Below are positions 21,195 to 35,089 of a stretch of DNA of 64,000 nucleotides, piece after piece. Position numbers and translations under genes: made by a program. This DNA is from Daphnia carinata (taxonomy: Eukaryota). The stretch's first letter is position 1, and every line of letters starts with the position of its first letter. The notes under the pieces are model-generated. The model saw only the letters and a program-made list of their open reading frames with translations, searched no databases and was not told where the DNA came from. The DNA lies in contig NC_081332.1 in assembly GCF_022539665.2 (NCBI RefSeq), positions 1,674,001-1,738,000 on the forward strand, read 5' to 3'.

Positions 21195-24100
21195 TTAGAT
21201 GGTCGGTGAGTTCCACTGTTGGATCGTTGGCGGAGGCGATTGGTATCTGGTAGTCGGCGCCATGTCCGCCCGTCTGGCCGTCCCGTTACCGAATGAAACC
21301 CATTGACGTCCTCTACGCCTGGCTTCTCTCTGTCTTCGTTTAGCTTCGTCTGGACAACAACAACGGATTAGGACGATAATTAGGATGATGACAAGGATTG
21401 CGATAGCGCCGCCGATCAAAGCCCACATGGCAGAATTTGAAATGCCTCCGGTTCGGAGTGCCGGACCGGCCATTGAAACGACGTTTGATGGGTCAGCCAT
21501 GTTGTTTGAAGAATCTTTACCAACGATTCGATATTTGACGTATTCACCGTCCTGGAGATGAGGCACTTGGACAGTCAAATTAACTGATCCATCCGCGTTG
21601 GCGGGTTTATTGAATTCCGTGTAATTGGACTCCGCTGAACCGATGGACTGATACAACCTAAACCTCGTAACTAAACGACATAGAAACTTCAATTATAATC
21701 TGAGGGATTCTTTTAAAAAATAAGAAGGATACTGTGGATGTTGAAAAAAGAAAACGAACCAATTTTTCCGCTTCCGTAATTATCTTTTGGCGCAGTCCAG
21801 CCCAATTTGGCAATCCTGGATGACACGTCATAAGAGAGGATGGTGAGATCAGTGACGCGTTGAGGCCGTATCAGGTCGGAAGTGCTCGATAACAAAGCTG
21901 CCAATTGGAAACTGGGTCCGTATTCGTAACGATAGAATTGAAGGCCAGTTGCGATGGGATTCGACATTGGGATGACGCTGCCCGTCGTGGGCGGCCTGGT
22001 GTACGTTCCTGAATCACAAAACGGAGGTAAGCATTTGTCGATTGAAAACGTACTGTTTAAAACTTTGATTGTTATGTCAAACCGTTGTCTATGACAGCCA
22101 AACTGTTGACCCCGTAAGCCTTGTAGTAGACGGAATAGCTGTGTGACGTATAAGACGGAGTGGTCAGCCAGGCAGGGTAGATTCCATCTCCGGTTGTCAT
22201 ATCTAGTTGGGTTTAAAGGGGAAAGTTAGTAACTAGTTATACCACATTTAATTGCTTTTTAAAAATATGGATACCTGAAATGCCTTCGTCTAGTAATGGG
22301 AGTGTAGTAAAAAGATTCGATGTTACTCCATCAGTGACGTAAACATAGGCGGTGACGTTGACTCCGCGTACTGGTCTTCTATTTTGCGTCACCTGGGCGT
22401 AAAGGCCTACGGGCGCTTTGGTGTAATCTAATGGCTGGTTATCTAAGGCGGTGTTCCAAGTTCGCACCTGCACTTGAGACGAATCGGCTGCTTCAGCCCA
22501 AATGTCCAGTCGATGCACCAATTGCGGGGTCAATGTTTTATCGAATTTAATTTTATAACTCCACATTCCCTGTCAAAAGAAAGTAACTTCTGCTGATGAG
22601 TTTCAATGAAATTGTAAGCCCATATAATTTTTTCTTTACCGCAGGGAGTGTTGCCACAGGATATCGTCCAACTACAAATGAATAGAAATCTTCGCCCACA
22701 AATGTGTCATCTTCGGTAGTTTCATTCCGCACTGGATATCCGTCCGGTTGAAAAATACTAACGTAATCGACACTCAATTGTAGATCAGTGTTAAGACAAT
22801 AGAGCGAAACTAGCAAATTGGATGCCGGGCTGTCCAAGTAGAAATATCCGGTTTTATTCGTATCGGATACACTCGTCTTGATAACGGTTTGCTCGAAAAT
22901 CTAAATCGTTAAAGAAAAAATGCGAAACACAATTTTAAATGAATTAGAATGACAAGCAGTAAAGTATTAAATGGTTTACTTTGGCACGATAGCTTCTAGT
23001 CTTTCCGTAGATTGATTGCAATGTGTTCACGGTCCAGGTGTACGGATTCATCAGGTTGCTGTTGGCAACATTCGGGATGACGTGCATGCTACCGTAGCGG
23101 GCCAGCTGGGCCATTTCCACTTTGGCTGTCGATACGCCGAAATGGACAAGATGGACAATCACTTTATTTTTATTGTAGGACGTGATCCAGTTGGTCATAT
23201 CTGGTATAGTTTGTACTGCAGTTAGAATGATGACGTCCTGTCCGAAACTAGCTCTCTGTCGCACAATAAAATTGCGTAGGAATTGACTAGGATAATTTAC
23301 GGACGGAAATATACCTTTTGTGCTCTTTCGAGGGCAATACCAAAGGCATTTGGACTGCCAGCGACATGTCCAACATTTCCTAGCTTCAATAACAGACTTT
23401 CTGCCGTCGCAGGATCCAAGTAAACGGGCGATTGCAATTCGACGACATTGGCACCATCATACATATCGATGGATAGCAAGACAGGATCCAATAGGAAGGC
23501 GATGAATTGCATAAGAGAATTCTTTGCTTGGTCAAACTGTTAATAATATCAATGTGAATAACTGTGCAATTAATTAGATTATTAAAATCAGTGTACCAAT
23601 AGTTTGCTGCTGAAAGAGGCGATGTCGAGGATGATGTGATAGCCGCTGAAAGGATTCTGTATTACGTTGAATGTAATTTCAGCTGAGGCATTGGCGGGCG
23701 TGACTCCCGGACTGCATCTCATATGTTACCAAAGCGTAACTTAATACTCTTTTTGCTGTTTGTTTTTTATTGTATTTATGTGTATCTTTACGTGAAATCC
23801 AGGTGTTTGTAGATAACTTCTGACGCACTGAGACTGCCGCAATGGTAACTCAATTTACTTGGCACGCCATCATCGTGATTTTCCTTCGTGCAAAACTTCT
23901 CCATCTATTGGCGTGAATGGGAAACGTATTCAGTAGCAGCTTATTTTCAAACCCTTTATCGTGAAGAGTTTCTTACGTGATTCAGATCCGGGCGGTACAT
24001 CAACGAAGACGTGATATCTGGATTGTAAACGTCAGGCTGGAACTCGCAGCTGGAATTTCCCGAATTGGTCGACTTGCATTCCTCACTGGTACAGATTTTT

Positions 24101-24934
24101 GTTTAATGATTGATCGTAAAGTTTTTATTGAGCGAACAATGTTTACTTATTCCATTCTCCCCTCGGCGTTTTGTCTCCGGTGCAAGTATTGGCACGCATG
24201 ATTTTATCGGAATTTTCAGTCTGGAACATCATGTAGCCAGAGGGATGGCGCTCATCATCCGGTATTCCACCCTCATCGAAAACACCGTAACGATAATGGG
24301 CCCATTCACGAGCCATAATCCTCGCTGTATTACATTAATTTATTATTACGATGAAGCTGGTATGATTTTCAGGCAAATAATTACCTTTGGTCAGGTCAGT
24401 GAAGTTGGAGACGAATGTCGATGGAACGTTGATAGACAAGCCAGGTTCTTGACATCCTCCATATTGGAATGAATGAGGTTGGCTACCAAATACCGGATGA
24501 TCTGGTGTGATTCGTATATCCGCACTGTGAGTCCTAGCCCAAGGCAACAATGTGATGTTGGTCATCGTCATCAACCTGGAACAAATCGGATCGCTCGCCC
24601 AAGAATTGGGCAAAATAATGGTGACATCACCAAAGTAAGCCGGACGTTCGAGACCTTGACCAAAGCTGATGGAAGTGCTCCGTATCACTTTCTGTTCAAA
24701 AGTGTACATTAAAAGTGTTTACTGAATTTCAGTTTGAAAAATGACGCCTACCTTGACGTTCTCCAAGTCTTGCTGGCAACTGGTGAACCTGGAATTCTCG
24801 TCGATGGCAACCACTACGTTTTGATAGCCCCTGGTAGTCAATGTGATGTGCGATGGTGACGTCAGGGGAGAGGTAATCAGAACGAAAAAAAATGGAACAA
24901 AGACGTACATGTTCTTCGTTCTTAGCCTGGCCAT
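21195..24934 (-). CDS. Calcium-activated chloride channel regulator (CLCA)-like type I membrane protein, multi-exon
   Basis: GYQNVVVAIDE; YFGDVTIILPNSW; ADIRIT..QYGGCQEPG; REWAHYRYGVFDE; LYAQVTQNRRPVRGVNVTAYV..LLDEG; PQRVTDL..WTAP.D; C-terminal TM helix. Confidence 0.88.
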
Positions 24935-27035
24935 TTTTTTGGTCTAACTTTTCACTTGAAGGCAATTAAGCGGGTAATTGTTTTGCCTAAAGTATAACTT
25001 CACGATCCCACGAAGAACGAATTAACGTGTAATTCGGTTAGGAAATATTGCGAACATCAGTGAAATAAGCTACAGCAGAACTGCCGTTTCCTTTCCCATA
25101 TTTCTTCATCAACGATACGATACGATACTGCCAATTTTCATGTTATCGTCATGACCACTCCTTTTCTGTATGTTTTCTTTGTCATCGTTGGGTAGCCATC
25201 ATAATGGAAAGTGTTGATAAGCATCAAGACCGATAGACAACAATTTCACTGCACTGCACTAGTGTTGATGTCCAATACCTTATCAAACTAACGGCACTTG
25301 ATCTGCGACGACAAACATTTCAATCATTATCTTTTGGAAGGCAGGGATTTTCCCGCAACTGTTGACGTAATTACAGATGATTGAAAGTCATTTTCGACGA
25401 ACTATGCAATTAGAAAATGGTCCGAACGTTCGCTATTGCAGGGAAAGAGTACGAAGATGCTTGCTGATTTCTGCACATTCATGTTTAGAGACAATAAAAA
25501 TGTAACGTGAAACTACAAGGTTATTGTGATGTTTAATTTCTTATCATTAAATAATTCTGAGCTTAGTACGAGAAGAAAAAGCTTTTCTAAATTCCAGCCC
25601 TCGAATTTATTGCTTTTGCATTTTTTTTTTCAGATGAGGGTTTACATTGAAAAATCAGTTACCTTGATCTTCCCCTCATAAATCAATTGCAAACAGCTTT
25701 GTTTATGTAATCCATTCTAACTGTGGCTTATTTACGTTACTATTCGCCAAGATGAGTGGAGTAGCTTACTACTATCTTCTGTCTAATGAATTCATTTCTA
25801 GCCAAGTGTCGGAAAAGGTAAGAAAAAAAGAAAACTTGGGAAGAGTAAGAAACAGCACCTGTGAAAAATGTGTAGAACAAAATGGCTGTCCTTGATCGAA
25901 CCCTTCCCATTTTGCAACGTGTATTCGTAGGATGGAAAAGGTTGAATTCGTCAGTTGCCAACATTCTTTCGGTTGCTACTGATCTTCGAATTTTCGTCTT
26001 CGAATAGGCAAAAAATTTCTCGTGAGTAAAGTAATTTCATGGTTAATTGTGAAGGGCAGTGCCAACAAAGGGCGTATCAATGCTTGCATTCTAAAAAATA
26101 ATTCTCGTTCGTTAGACAAAAAAGAAAGAAATGTCTTCTTGTCAATTATTCGCTATGCACATTGATAAATAAGCTATTTAGTGTTTGTGTCTACTCTTCT
26201 AGAACCCAAGAAACTCCATTGTTTGCTCAATGGATGAATCTGAACCTTACATTGTAAAATTGGTGTAGAAACCTTAGTCGCTGGAGCTTGTTGGATTGGC
26301 AAAGTTAATTTCAGTTGCAGTTTGTGTTGACATCCTACAGCAAGCAGAAGTACATGATATTCTTTCATGTAAGTTTACTTTTATCAAATGTTTCCAACAA
26401 ATCATGCAGTTAATGTGTTGTGTTTTGCCATATCTTGTGTTACAGATGTTAGTTCCTGTGGATTTGGCAGGGCAATTCTTTTAATTCTTTCTAGTTGAAG
26501 ATGTGTTCGAGCATTTGTATTGCCATTCATGCACAGCATTGGTCCATGCCACTAGTAGAAGTCAAGGTTTGTAGGCAGTCAGCTTAGATTTATGATACCA
26601 GAATGTTTACAGTGTTTTGACAAGTATTCTGATCAGTTCTTATAAGCCAAGTTGACAAGGGAGATGAAGGGAGTGGGGGTCGGGCATGCAATTTCTTGAT
26701 TAGAGAAACCAACTTAAAGACATTTTCAAATTTGTGTCTATAGGTAACACTACCGGTTGGTGATTGTGATTACCAATCGCCGGCTCGCTTATAGTGCTGA
26801 CTTAATTAGGATTTGATATCCTGTGCAGCAGCGGCTAGACCAATTACTGAGCGTTGAGAAGTTTACCGTTTTAGCACAAATTTACTTGGCTGAGTTCTAG
26901 TTCACTGGTATGACGTTTATTCATAAATTTCCCTTTACAGTATATATAAATTTAATATTTTGTCCCTGGCCATTCTACAGTAATCTGCTATAGCATTTAC
27001 GTCATCTGAAATTTCGCTGGTATTAACGTTGTTTT

Positions 27036-29361
27036 TCAATTAGTTCTTTTCGAAACGATAAGTTTAATTGGATATTTTGGAGTTAGCGTAGTTTCTTGGA
27101 GAGCCGGAATTAGTGGTGCTGCGGGATTTGCCAAAGAAAAGCTGAATCGCCGGATCAGATGAGCAATGTTCACTTTCATTTGAAGCAAAGCGAATTTTTG
27201 ACCTGAGCAAAGTGTTACGTTATCCTTAACACTTAAACAACATTGATAGTGAAACTTACCGATACAATTACGAGGTCCAGCACCAAAAGCGCTATAGGCA
27301 AATCGATGGCGGCCCGAGCTGTTCTCGGCAAAGAAACGTTCCGGTTTAAAGACTTCGGGATCAGGGAACACTTGTGGATTGTAATGCAAGCCGACTATGG
27401 ACAGTCCAACCATGAGGCCCTTTGGTAAGTTGTAAACACCTTTTCAAATATTAAATATCGATTACTATCCTATACTTCTATTTTTGTATTCCAGATGTTA
27501 CCTATTTTGGTATCTTCTGGCAGACAACGCAAGATAAAAGGCACGCTAGGATACATCCTTAAAGATTCTTTGACGCAACAGTCGAGGTACTTAAGATCAG
27601 CCACGTCTTGCACCGTACACGGACGATCCGAGTTTCCAAATACTGCGTTCAACTCTTCCGATAACAGTTTCTGCACGAGAAATATAGGATCAGGTTTAAA
27701 AAAAAGATGTTAATGTTTAACTTTGTAACAGGGTTACTTGGTGCTCAGGGTATCTTGACATGTTGTAAAGGAACCATGTCAAACCTAAAGCAGACGTATC
27801 GTGACCCTAAGAGGATGGATTGTTAAAGTCAGAATTTTTCCCAACAATCAAATGGTAAATACCGTAATCATTATTGAATTGACTTCATATCTTATTTCGT
27901 CTTTACTGAAATTATTGTTAATATCAGATTCCTTTAGGATAAGGTCAATGAAGCCTAATTTTTTTCCTGAAATATTTAGGAAATTATTATGCTTGTATCT
28001 TGCGACAGTTCCGATATTCTGAATTACTTGGCGTAACATTTTCCTCGTTACCAACTTCGCTGTTTGACGAACCAGATGTCGAGCTAGGTAAATGATTTTG
28101 GGCTTTTGCCTCTCTGTCTAGAAATTCTCGTCGCTTCTGAATTAACTTTTTAATTGGGAAAAGGAAAATTTACATTACCGGTTTGAAAGGATACTTCTCA
28201 CCATCGCGTGGATGTAAATGTGTTAGAATTGACTTAATATTGTTGGGTTTATGTATACCATATTGCCGAAGTCATGGATGCCTCTTGCGAACCGTGCATT
28301 TTCCCGACCCATCGCTGTGAATTTGAAAAGCAAATCGCTTCTGAGCCAAGGTCGTGAGAAGCGGTATTGGATAATTCTTTTAAGTCTATTTCAATAAAAA
28401 ATTATTGTATTTTTATGTAGGAAACAGCTTTACGTTAAATGAACTAACCCTTCACAATTATTCAACAAGGTCTGCATCGCTTCTTGTGGAAATGACTTGC
28501 ACTCCAAGGTACTTCCTTTTAAAATTCGTTCGGATAATGACGTTAATGTAACCTTAATTTAAAAAATTTTAAATATAGATCACCACAAATTGCTCTGGTT
28601 GTGTATTCGTTCATCAATGGGTAGACGTCAAATTCTGCACCATTGTTGATCTGAATGGCTTTCTCAAAATCTCTGCCGCACTCGTAGCTTTTTTCGTTGA
28701 AAAAGTCCATGTAGGTGTTGAGAACCGGAACGTGAAAAGACGGGTTAAGGAGACGGCGAGATTTTTTCCAATGGTCGTCTATGCAAAAATGGAATGAGGG
28801 CAACTCCAATCCAACAGGATTTCATTTGTCGACGTGTCTGAGTTACCTGGTGCCACTGGCAAACTGTTTCCAGCGACTATGGTTAAGGCTTCGTAACTAT
28901 TTCCTTTTGAAATATGTTTCCAACTTCTAAAAATTGGCTTTTCAAATGAAGGGCTCGATCGTTAGCATGCACAGTTGTTGCAAGAGATATGTTGTGCCTG
29001 ATTTACCTCCATTAACTCAGGTGAAGCGATGACGACCAATGGACGGACAGTGAACCAGACGCGATAGATGCCACCATACTTACGTACCCAAGTGAAGGCC
29101 GATTTCTTCAGCAGCTCTGGTATTGAAAGGTGTTGTGAATTTTCGTATTAACTGAAAGAAATTGTGATGTTCCTTACCGTCATGGGGAACGTTCAGGTCC
29201 AACGCATTACCCAGCAGAGGCAAAGCGACTGGGCCAGGCAGGGCGTTGACAAGACGTACAAAGCGGGATCGACTCCAAATCCAGTAAAAAACAGTTACTA
29301 AGAAGGCTAGTAACGATCCTAAGAACGGCGGGTTCCATCCAATCCAAAGAAGATTATTCAT
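27036..29361 (-). CDS. Cytochrome P450, CYP4 clan, multi-exon
   Basis: N-terminal TM and PGP hinge; WKKSRRLLNPSFH; I-helix GHDTS; ESLR (ExxR); PERF; heme motif FGAGPRNCIGQKFA. Confidence 0.93.
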
Positions 29362-30761
29362 ATCTATTTTCAATAGCAAACCTCACAAAGAAAAACAATT
29401 AATGGTTTGGCACTAAACATTGACCACTCTTCTCAACGAAAGGGGATTAACTAGTGCGTTCTGTTCGAATTTGTTATGCAAAGGAAGGAAAGCAACTCGA
29501 TTTCTATTTGAAATTACTACGCACGAAGTATAATTGGAATGGTTAGATGGAAAGGGCAGTTTAGATATTCTACCTTTTCTGGCAGTGATGTGGGTTTTGC
29601 TTTGGGTCACAGCTTTCTAAACGTTACTTGATTTGTCATATATAGAACTTTAAACCAACCGGCTTTCGAAATACCATTGAATCGTTATTTACTATTTTTC
29701 CGTGCCACTAGATGGCATTTAACAGTTGGCATGGGAACTAGATGGCGTGTCCTCTATGTAAGCTAGATGAAGCGTTGTGGAAGCACGATGGAATAGAAAA
29801 TCGTGGTTGGAGTTTAATTATTTCAAAGGAAAGTGGGGAAGGGATGTTAAAGATTAAGTTGAATTTTTTGTTGAAAAACAGTTTTATTAATAGTTGTCGA
29901 ATGATTGGTCTGTTCTGGCTTTATACGCATAAACTTGACGTGTCAGATGACTGAAGCGTGAAGTGTACGGTATGTTTTTGTAAAACATTAACTTAACTTA
30001 TTTTAAATTTTTTTGTTAACATATTTTTTTTTTCACAGGTAGGACAAGGTATCATCAATTTTCAGCGAAACTTCAATTCAACATACCGTTTCTTATGAGT
30101 GTTACTTATTCTTTATTGTTTGTTTTTTACATGGTGGATACCAGTACCCATATAGGTGCTGTGCAAGCTAGCAGTAATTGCTAACCAGTTGAACATGACG
30201 ACCACCTAATCTCATGTCCCAAATACCTGGATATTTATATTTGAAAGTCAGTACCAGCCAATGATTAATCCATTTATTACTATTATTAACCCATGCTTTA
30301 AATCCAGGGAGGTCTTCATGGGATGCAAGAAGCAACTGACAGACGAATTTCTCCTGTGTTCGAATCCCCCAGTCATGCATTTTTGCAGGATAGGAAAATG
30401 GGGGACATTTTTTGTGAGTAAATTAATTTCATTTTTAGCTGATCAGGCTAGTGTCAACAATAGTTGTGTTAACCACTTTATTTCCTTGACAGAAAACTCT
30501 TGTTAGACCAAGCTTTAAATAATTCATATTGACAATTGTTTTGCTCTGTCACACTGGTCTTACAACTAAAGAATCTGCGTCGTACATTGCGATTATGGTA
30601 TGGAAACGTTCAAGAAATTCTAAGCTGCAGACTGCGTTTTACACACTGCGGTTTACATTTCCAGGGGTAAATTAAGTCCCACAATTATTAGAGAAATTCA
30701 ACACATTGCTTCATCGATTTCATGCCTTTTTGTGTTTCGAGGAAATTGGCGATTTCTTGGA

Positions 30762-31938
30762 GGCCATTACATTATGTGATCGTGGAATGTGATGTTAAGG
30801 GGACTATCATCTATGACAAAGGAAATCGCTACGAAATTGATCACGCCATTCAAAAGCTCTGCAATTTCACGTAAGCTCAAACTCTTCTCTGATTAAATGT
30901 CTCCTAATTTATGCAGTAAAGCTGCAAGTTGTACGAAAGATACGAAGTTGAAATTCCTGTCGACAATACGTACGGGAAGGAAATATTAAACGGTAGCTGG
31001 AATGGGATGATAGGAATGATCCTTGAAGTAAATGTTACGAAAGTAACGACAATTATCTAACATAATTAACATCTTTTGTCTGATGACACGCAGAGGGCTG
31101 ATATTGCTGTGGGTGTTTGGAGCTTGGAGGAGCTTCCACGATCGCAATTGAAGTGGGCTGTAGTGAAGGGAACGGCTCTCGAATCGCCCTTTATCGTACG
31201 TAGATAGATAGATAATTCATGTAATTTAATTTAACTAATTATAATTGCACAATGTTCCGTTATTTCTAGGAAGCCACAACTGGAGTTTACAAGGCAATTG
31301 GAGGTAAAAAAATAATAACAACAAACGTACAATTTAATCGTATGGCGATGTCTTTCAATTAACAGAAGGATTGTTAACGCATCCCGAAAACCGCGTTAGC
31401 TCGGGAATAGATGCAATTAAGCGTGTTATAAATGGAAGCTACGCTTATATAGAAGTAAGTTCGATGTAAACGCGATATTAAGTCATAACTGAAACGCGCA
31501 AGTCTTGCGCTTTTGTTTCGTTGACTTTCAATAGGAAAGATCGTATCTTAAGGCTATCACAGAGCAGGATCATGCCCAGACGGACAAATGCCGGTTCAGT
31601 TTCGTCAATCAGGTATTTTTCAAAGTCAATTTTGCCTTTGCTTTGCCAAAAGCCAGTCCGCTGAAACCTGTTTTGGATAAAAAGTAAATCTGCATGGACT
31701 CTTGATTTATTGCGATACAAGTAAGTGAAATTTAACTCTGTTTTTTTTTAGGATTTTGCAAATGATAGAAGCAGGTTTGGGAAAGTATTGGAAAAATGTT
31801 TATTGGCCGTCTTCTGGTGCTGACGAATGTGGAATTGCTAAACAATCTGAAGGAGCTAAAAGTCTAAAACTTGCAGATTTGCAGGGCGCTTTTCTAATTT
31901 TGGCTATCGGGTGGGGATTAGCGTTTTTTTATTTTTAG
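30762..31938 (+). pseudogene. Ionotropic receptor (IR/iGluR-like) relic lacking the M1-P-M2 pore region
   Basis: Spliced exons read YGKEILNGSWNGMIGMILE/RADIAVGV then directly WSLEELP..; FAFALPKASPLKPVLDKK/ILQMIEAGL..; LADLQGAFLIL; frameshift in the poly-T near 31930. Confidence 0.8.
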
Positions 31939-32165
31939 CCGAGAAGTATACCTCTCTGTCCCTCAATGTTTTCGTAACTAGATTTTTTATCAACGCATTT
32001 CTATGAATAGCAAAGAAGGTAGAAAGTTAGAATGGTAAATTACGTTCTAGAAAGGACATTTTGGCCGTTGAAATGTTAAATGTTTTCATGTTTACGACCG
32101 CTGAGTTAATCGATAATATTTGGAAATAACGAAAGTGGTATTTTAAAATTGTATTTTGGTCCTAT

Positions 32166-32261
32166 ACGTTCAGTGTACATTTAAGAATTGTTTAGTCAAC
32201 TTAGTTATCCGCCACGTTCAGTGTACATTTAAGAGTTGTTTAGTCAACTTAGCTATCCGCC
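32166..32261. repeat. Two-copy 48-bp tandem duplication
   Basis: acgttcagtgtacatttaaga(a/g)ttgtttagtcaacttag(t/c)tatccgcc x2. Confidence 0.9.
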
Positions 32262-34525
32262 GCTACACGTTTGAAACTTTAATTTTTAACACATTCTTTT
32301 TTCAGTTAAGTCTTTCTCAAACGACAAATTTAATGGGAAATCTTGGGCTAGCATAGTTTCTTTGTGTTCAATTATCTTTTTGATGATTAAAAAGGGTAAG
32401 TTTTCCTTTAAGTGAGATATTTCATAAATAGTGTATGTAATTGTCGTAATTTTTATTTAAAGGGTAAAGGCTGTTTTGTTGCTGAAGTTTTTGATGCCAT
32501 TGACGGACATTGGGTTATCACGACCCATGGCGGTTAGCTGTAATTAGCTGATCGTATTTAAGGCAAGGCCGAAAGATAAGGTACTGGTAACAACGAATAG
32601 TAATATTGAGATTTGCAGGAAAAGATTGCCCACGTCTATCGAAATGTGTCTAGGAGTTTTATATATCGCCTTTTTAAAGTAAAAATAGTGACCGTTATCG
32701 TAAACAACTTTTTCGTAACTTTTATGTCACGAACCTTTAGTTAATTAACTCCATTTAACGGCTCTTCCAGTTCAAACGGCTACGTAAGTGGTTATCGAAA
32801 AAAAAAGGAAAAACTTGCGTTATAAGAGACGATTCTTAAATGCTAAAAAATATCTTGTATGGAACTGGTTAAGGTATTCAAATGCAGAGTTCGAGTTTTT
32901 GGTTTCAATGTGGATGGGATTTAATAAATAAGGTAGGTAAATTGTCTAAGTGGTAATTTTGGTTGTTTGCAAAGTTACCGAAATAAAACTAGCGTATTCA
33001 ATGGTGTTCCGTAACAACATGACATGCGTTTCTTTGGTCTTAAGTATGTCAAGCCATATTCTCTGATTATGATTTATTTCGGTAACTTCATAGACTGTTA
33101 TATTATAATTTTATCATATTATATTTAATTTAAATAACCTGGGAATAGTGGCATTTGCAAAATTAAATAAGTTACATATGTTAAGCACAGATATATCTAG
33201 TGTTATTAAATATGTCAAATATCGGAACGTATCGGCGATTAGATGCTGCATAGCCTTAACATACTCTACGGAACTTAACGTGCGGAGCTCAAGCTTTTCT
33301 GTGCAACGGGTTTTCTCGTTACTATTTTTGATATACTAATGCTCACACGGAGAGATGTAGTAAACAAACTTATAAACATGCCTTACAAAGTCTAACTACC
33401 TCCGCCAGATGCCAGTAAAATCATTGTTACGAAAAGTGGTGTCAGAAGTGTGCTTGTGCTGTAGGTTTTCATATAGTAATATGTAAACTTACGGGTGTAA
33501 TCGTGCGAAGCTGAGAAATTCTGATGGATATCAATTAAAGGTGAGAGTTATGAGATAATTGCTTGTATTGTTATGTGTGTGGTATTGCCTTAAGGTGGTA
33601 TATTAGTCATACCTTAAAACTGAACTTTATGTACTTAGAAAGGACATATTATGTTAACTTACTGTAGTTTACGTTTGAAACTACGCAAATCCTGTGTAAC
33701 TGTAAAGAAGAACATAGTTCATTTTCTAAATTTCCGAAATTTTAAGTTTCGGTAGAACTTCTGGTTTGAAAATGCTTAGTAACTCACTATCTATTGGTCT
33801 GAATGAAAAAAGAACGACATTTTCGTAATCCTCTTAAAATTTGGGGTCGAATCCATGTGTCAGTAGAAAATACCCAATAATCGTCAAAAATCGCAAATTT
33901 CCCTGAACTATAGTTCAGGAAAAATCGCGATTTTGGCCAAATTGGACTTTTCGCCAAAAATAGGTCAAGTACACCTAAAATTTTGTAAGGATCCTGAAAA
34001 TCGTATTCATTTTGCTCTAGGACCACTGTTTCTGGAGATATATGCTACTTCCGGTCACTTCCGGTATTTTTTTTTTTTCAACTTTGCAAAAAGCAAAAAA
34101 AGAACATTAATATTCCAAACATTTTAAGCATTTTAATCATAAGGGTAATGGTGTGGCTACTTTTGTCGTGTTTATTTTGCTATTACTACTGGCTGATCGT
34201 GCAAGTTGCTTATCTACGATATGTGAAGCGCTTTCTCCTGTAACTTGTAGTTGATTTACTTTGCTGCTGCGCTTGAAAAAGAATTTTCCGATACTAGTAA
34301 CGTCCAAGCAAGCAAGCATACTAGGAAACAGCAAGTTTTGTCTTTCATTTCTAAATCAGTTTTTTTCATTTGGTTCCAGAATTCATAACTAATAACACAA
34401 CTTCGTTAACAAAGACCATAATGTGTCACGCTAATGAGAAGTTATACCTGGTAAGTATAGATATAGCATGAAAGATATACCTCATGCTGTTATTCTAACC
34501 TTATCATACATCACCTTATGATGTA

Positions 34526-35089
34526 CAGTCAGGTTTAAAAATAAGCCCTACAAAATAAACCCGAGCCTCAACTTTTCTCAGCTGGGGTTAATATTTTAAC
34601 TTGGGATTTGATGAAACTTTATCTACCCCATCGAAAATAAACTACTGATTATAAGTAAAATATTAGCTTTCCCGCCAACTAAGTGGTTTTTAAATAAACC
34701 GAAATCAAACTGGTTTTACCGCAACCACACTGAATTTAAACAAATCACAAACTAGAGTTCCCAAGTAAAAAAAACTTGATTTACGTGATCATAGTTAAAC
34801 ACTACATCCACAACATTTATTATTGGAGTAATATGTAGGTTTTTGAAAAAATAAATAAAGAACAGGAAAAGTCGGGCTTATTTTGTTTGTCGGGCTTAAT
34901 TTTACAACCTGGCCAAAATTTATTTCCATTCCCAAGTCAAAATAATTTGATTTCTATAATCGTAGTTAAATACTTAACCCACACCGCGCATTATTGGGGT
35001 AATAACTAGGCCTTTGAAAAAGTCAAAATTAAAAATAAGAAAAGCTTATTTTCTCGGGCTTATTTTCTCAAGCTTTTAAAACTTGGCTG
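34526..35089. mobile_element. TA-flanked MITE (Tc1/mariner-type termini CAG...CTG)
   Basis: ta|cagtcaggtttaaaa...aaaataaacccgag and ctcgggcttatttt...ttttaaaacttggctg|ta; repeated AAAATAAGCCCGA subterminal motifs. Confidence 0.7.
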
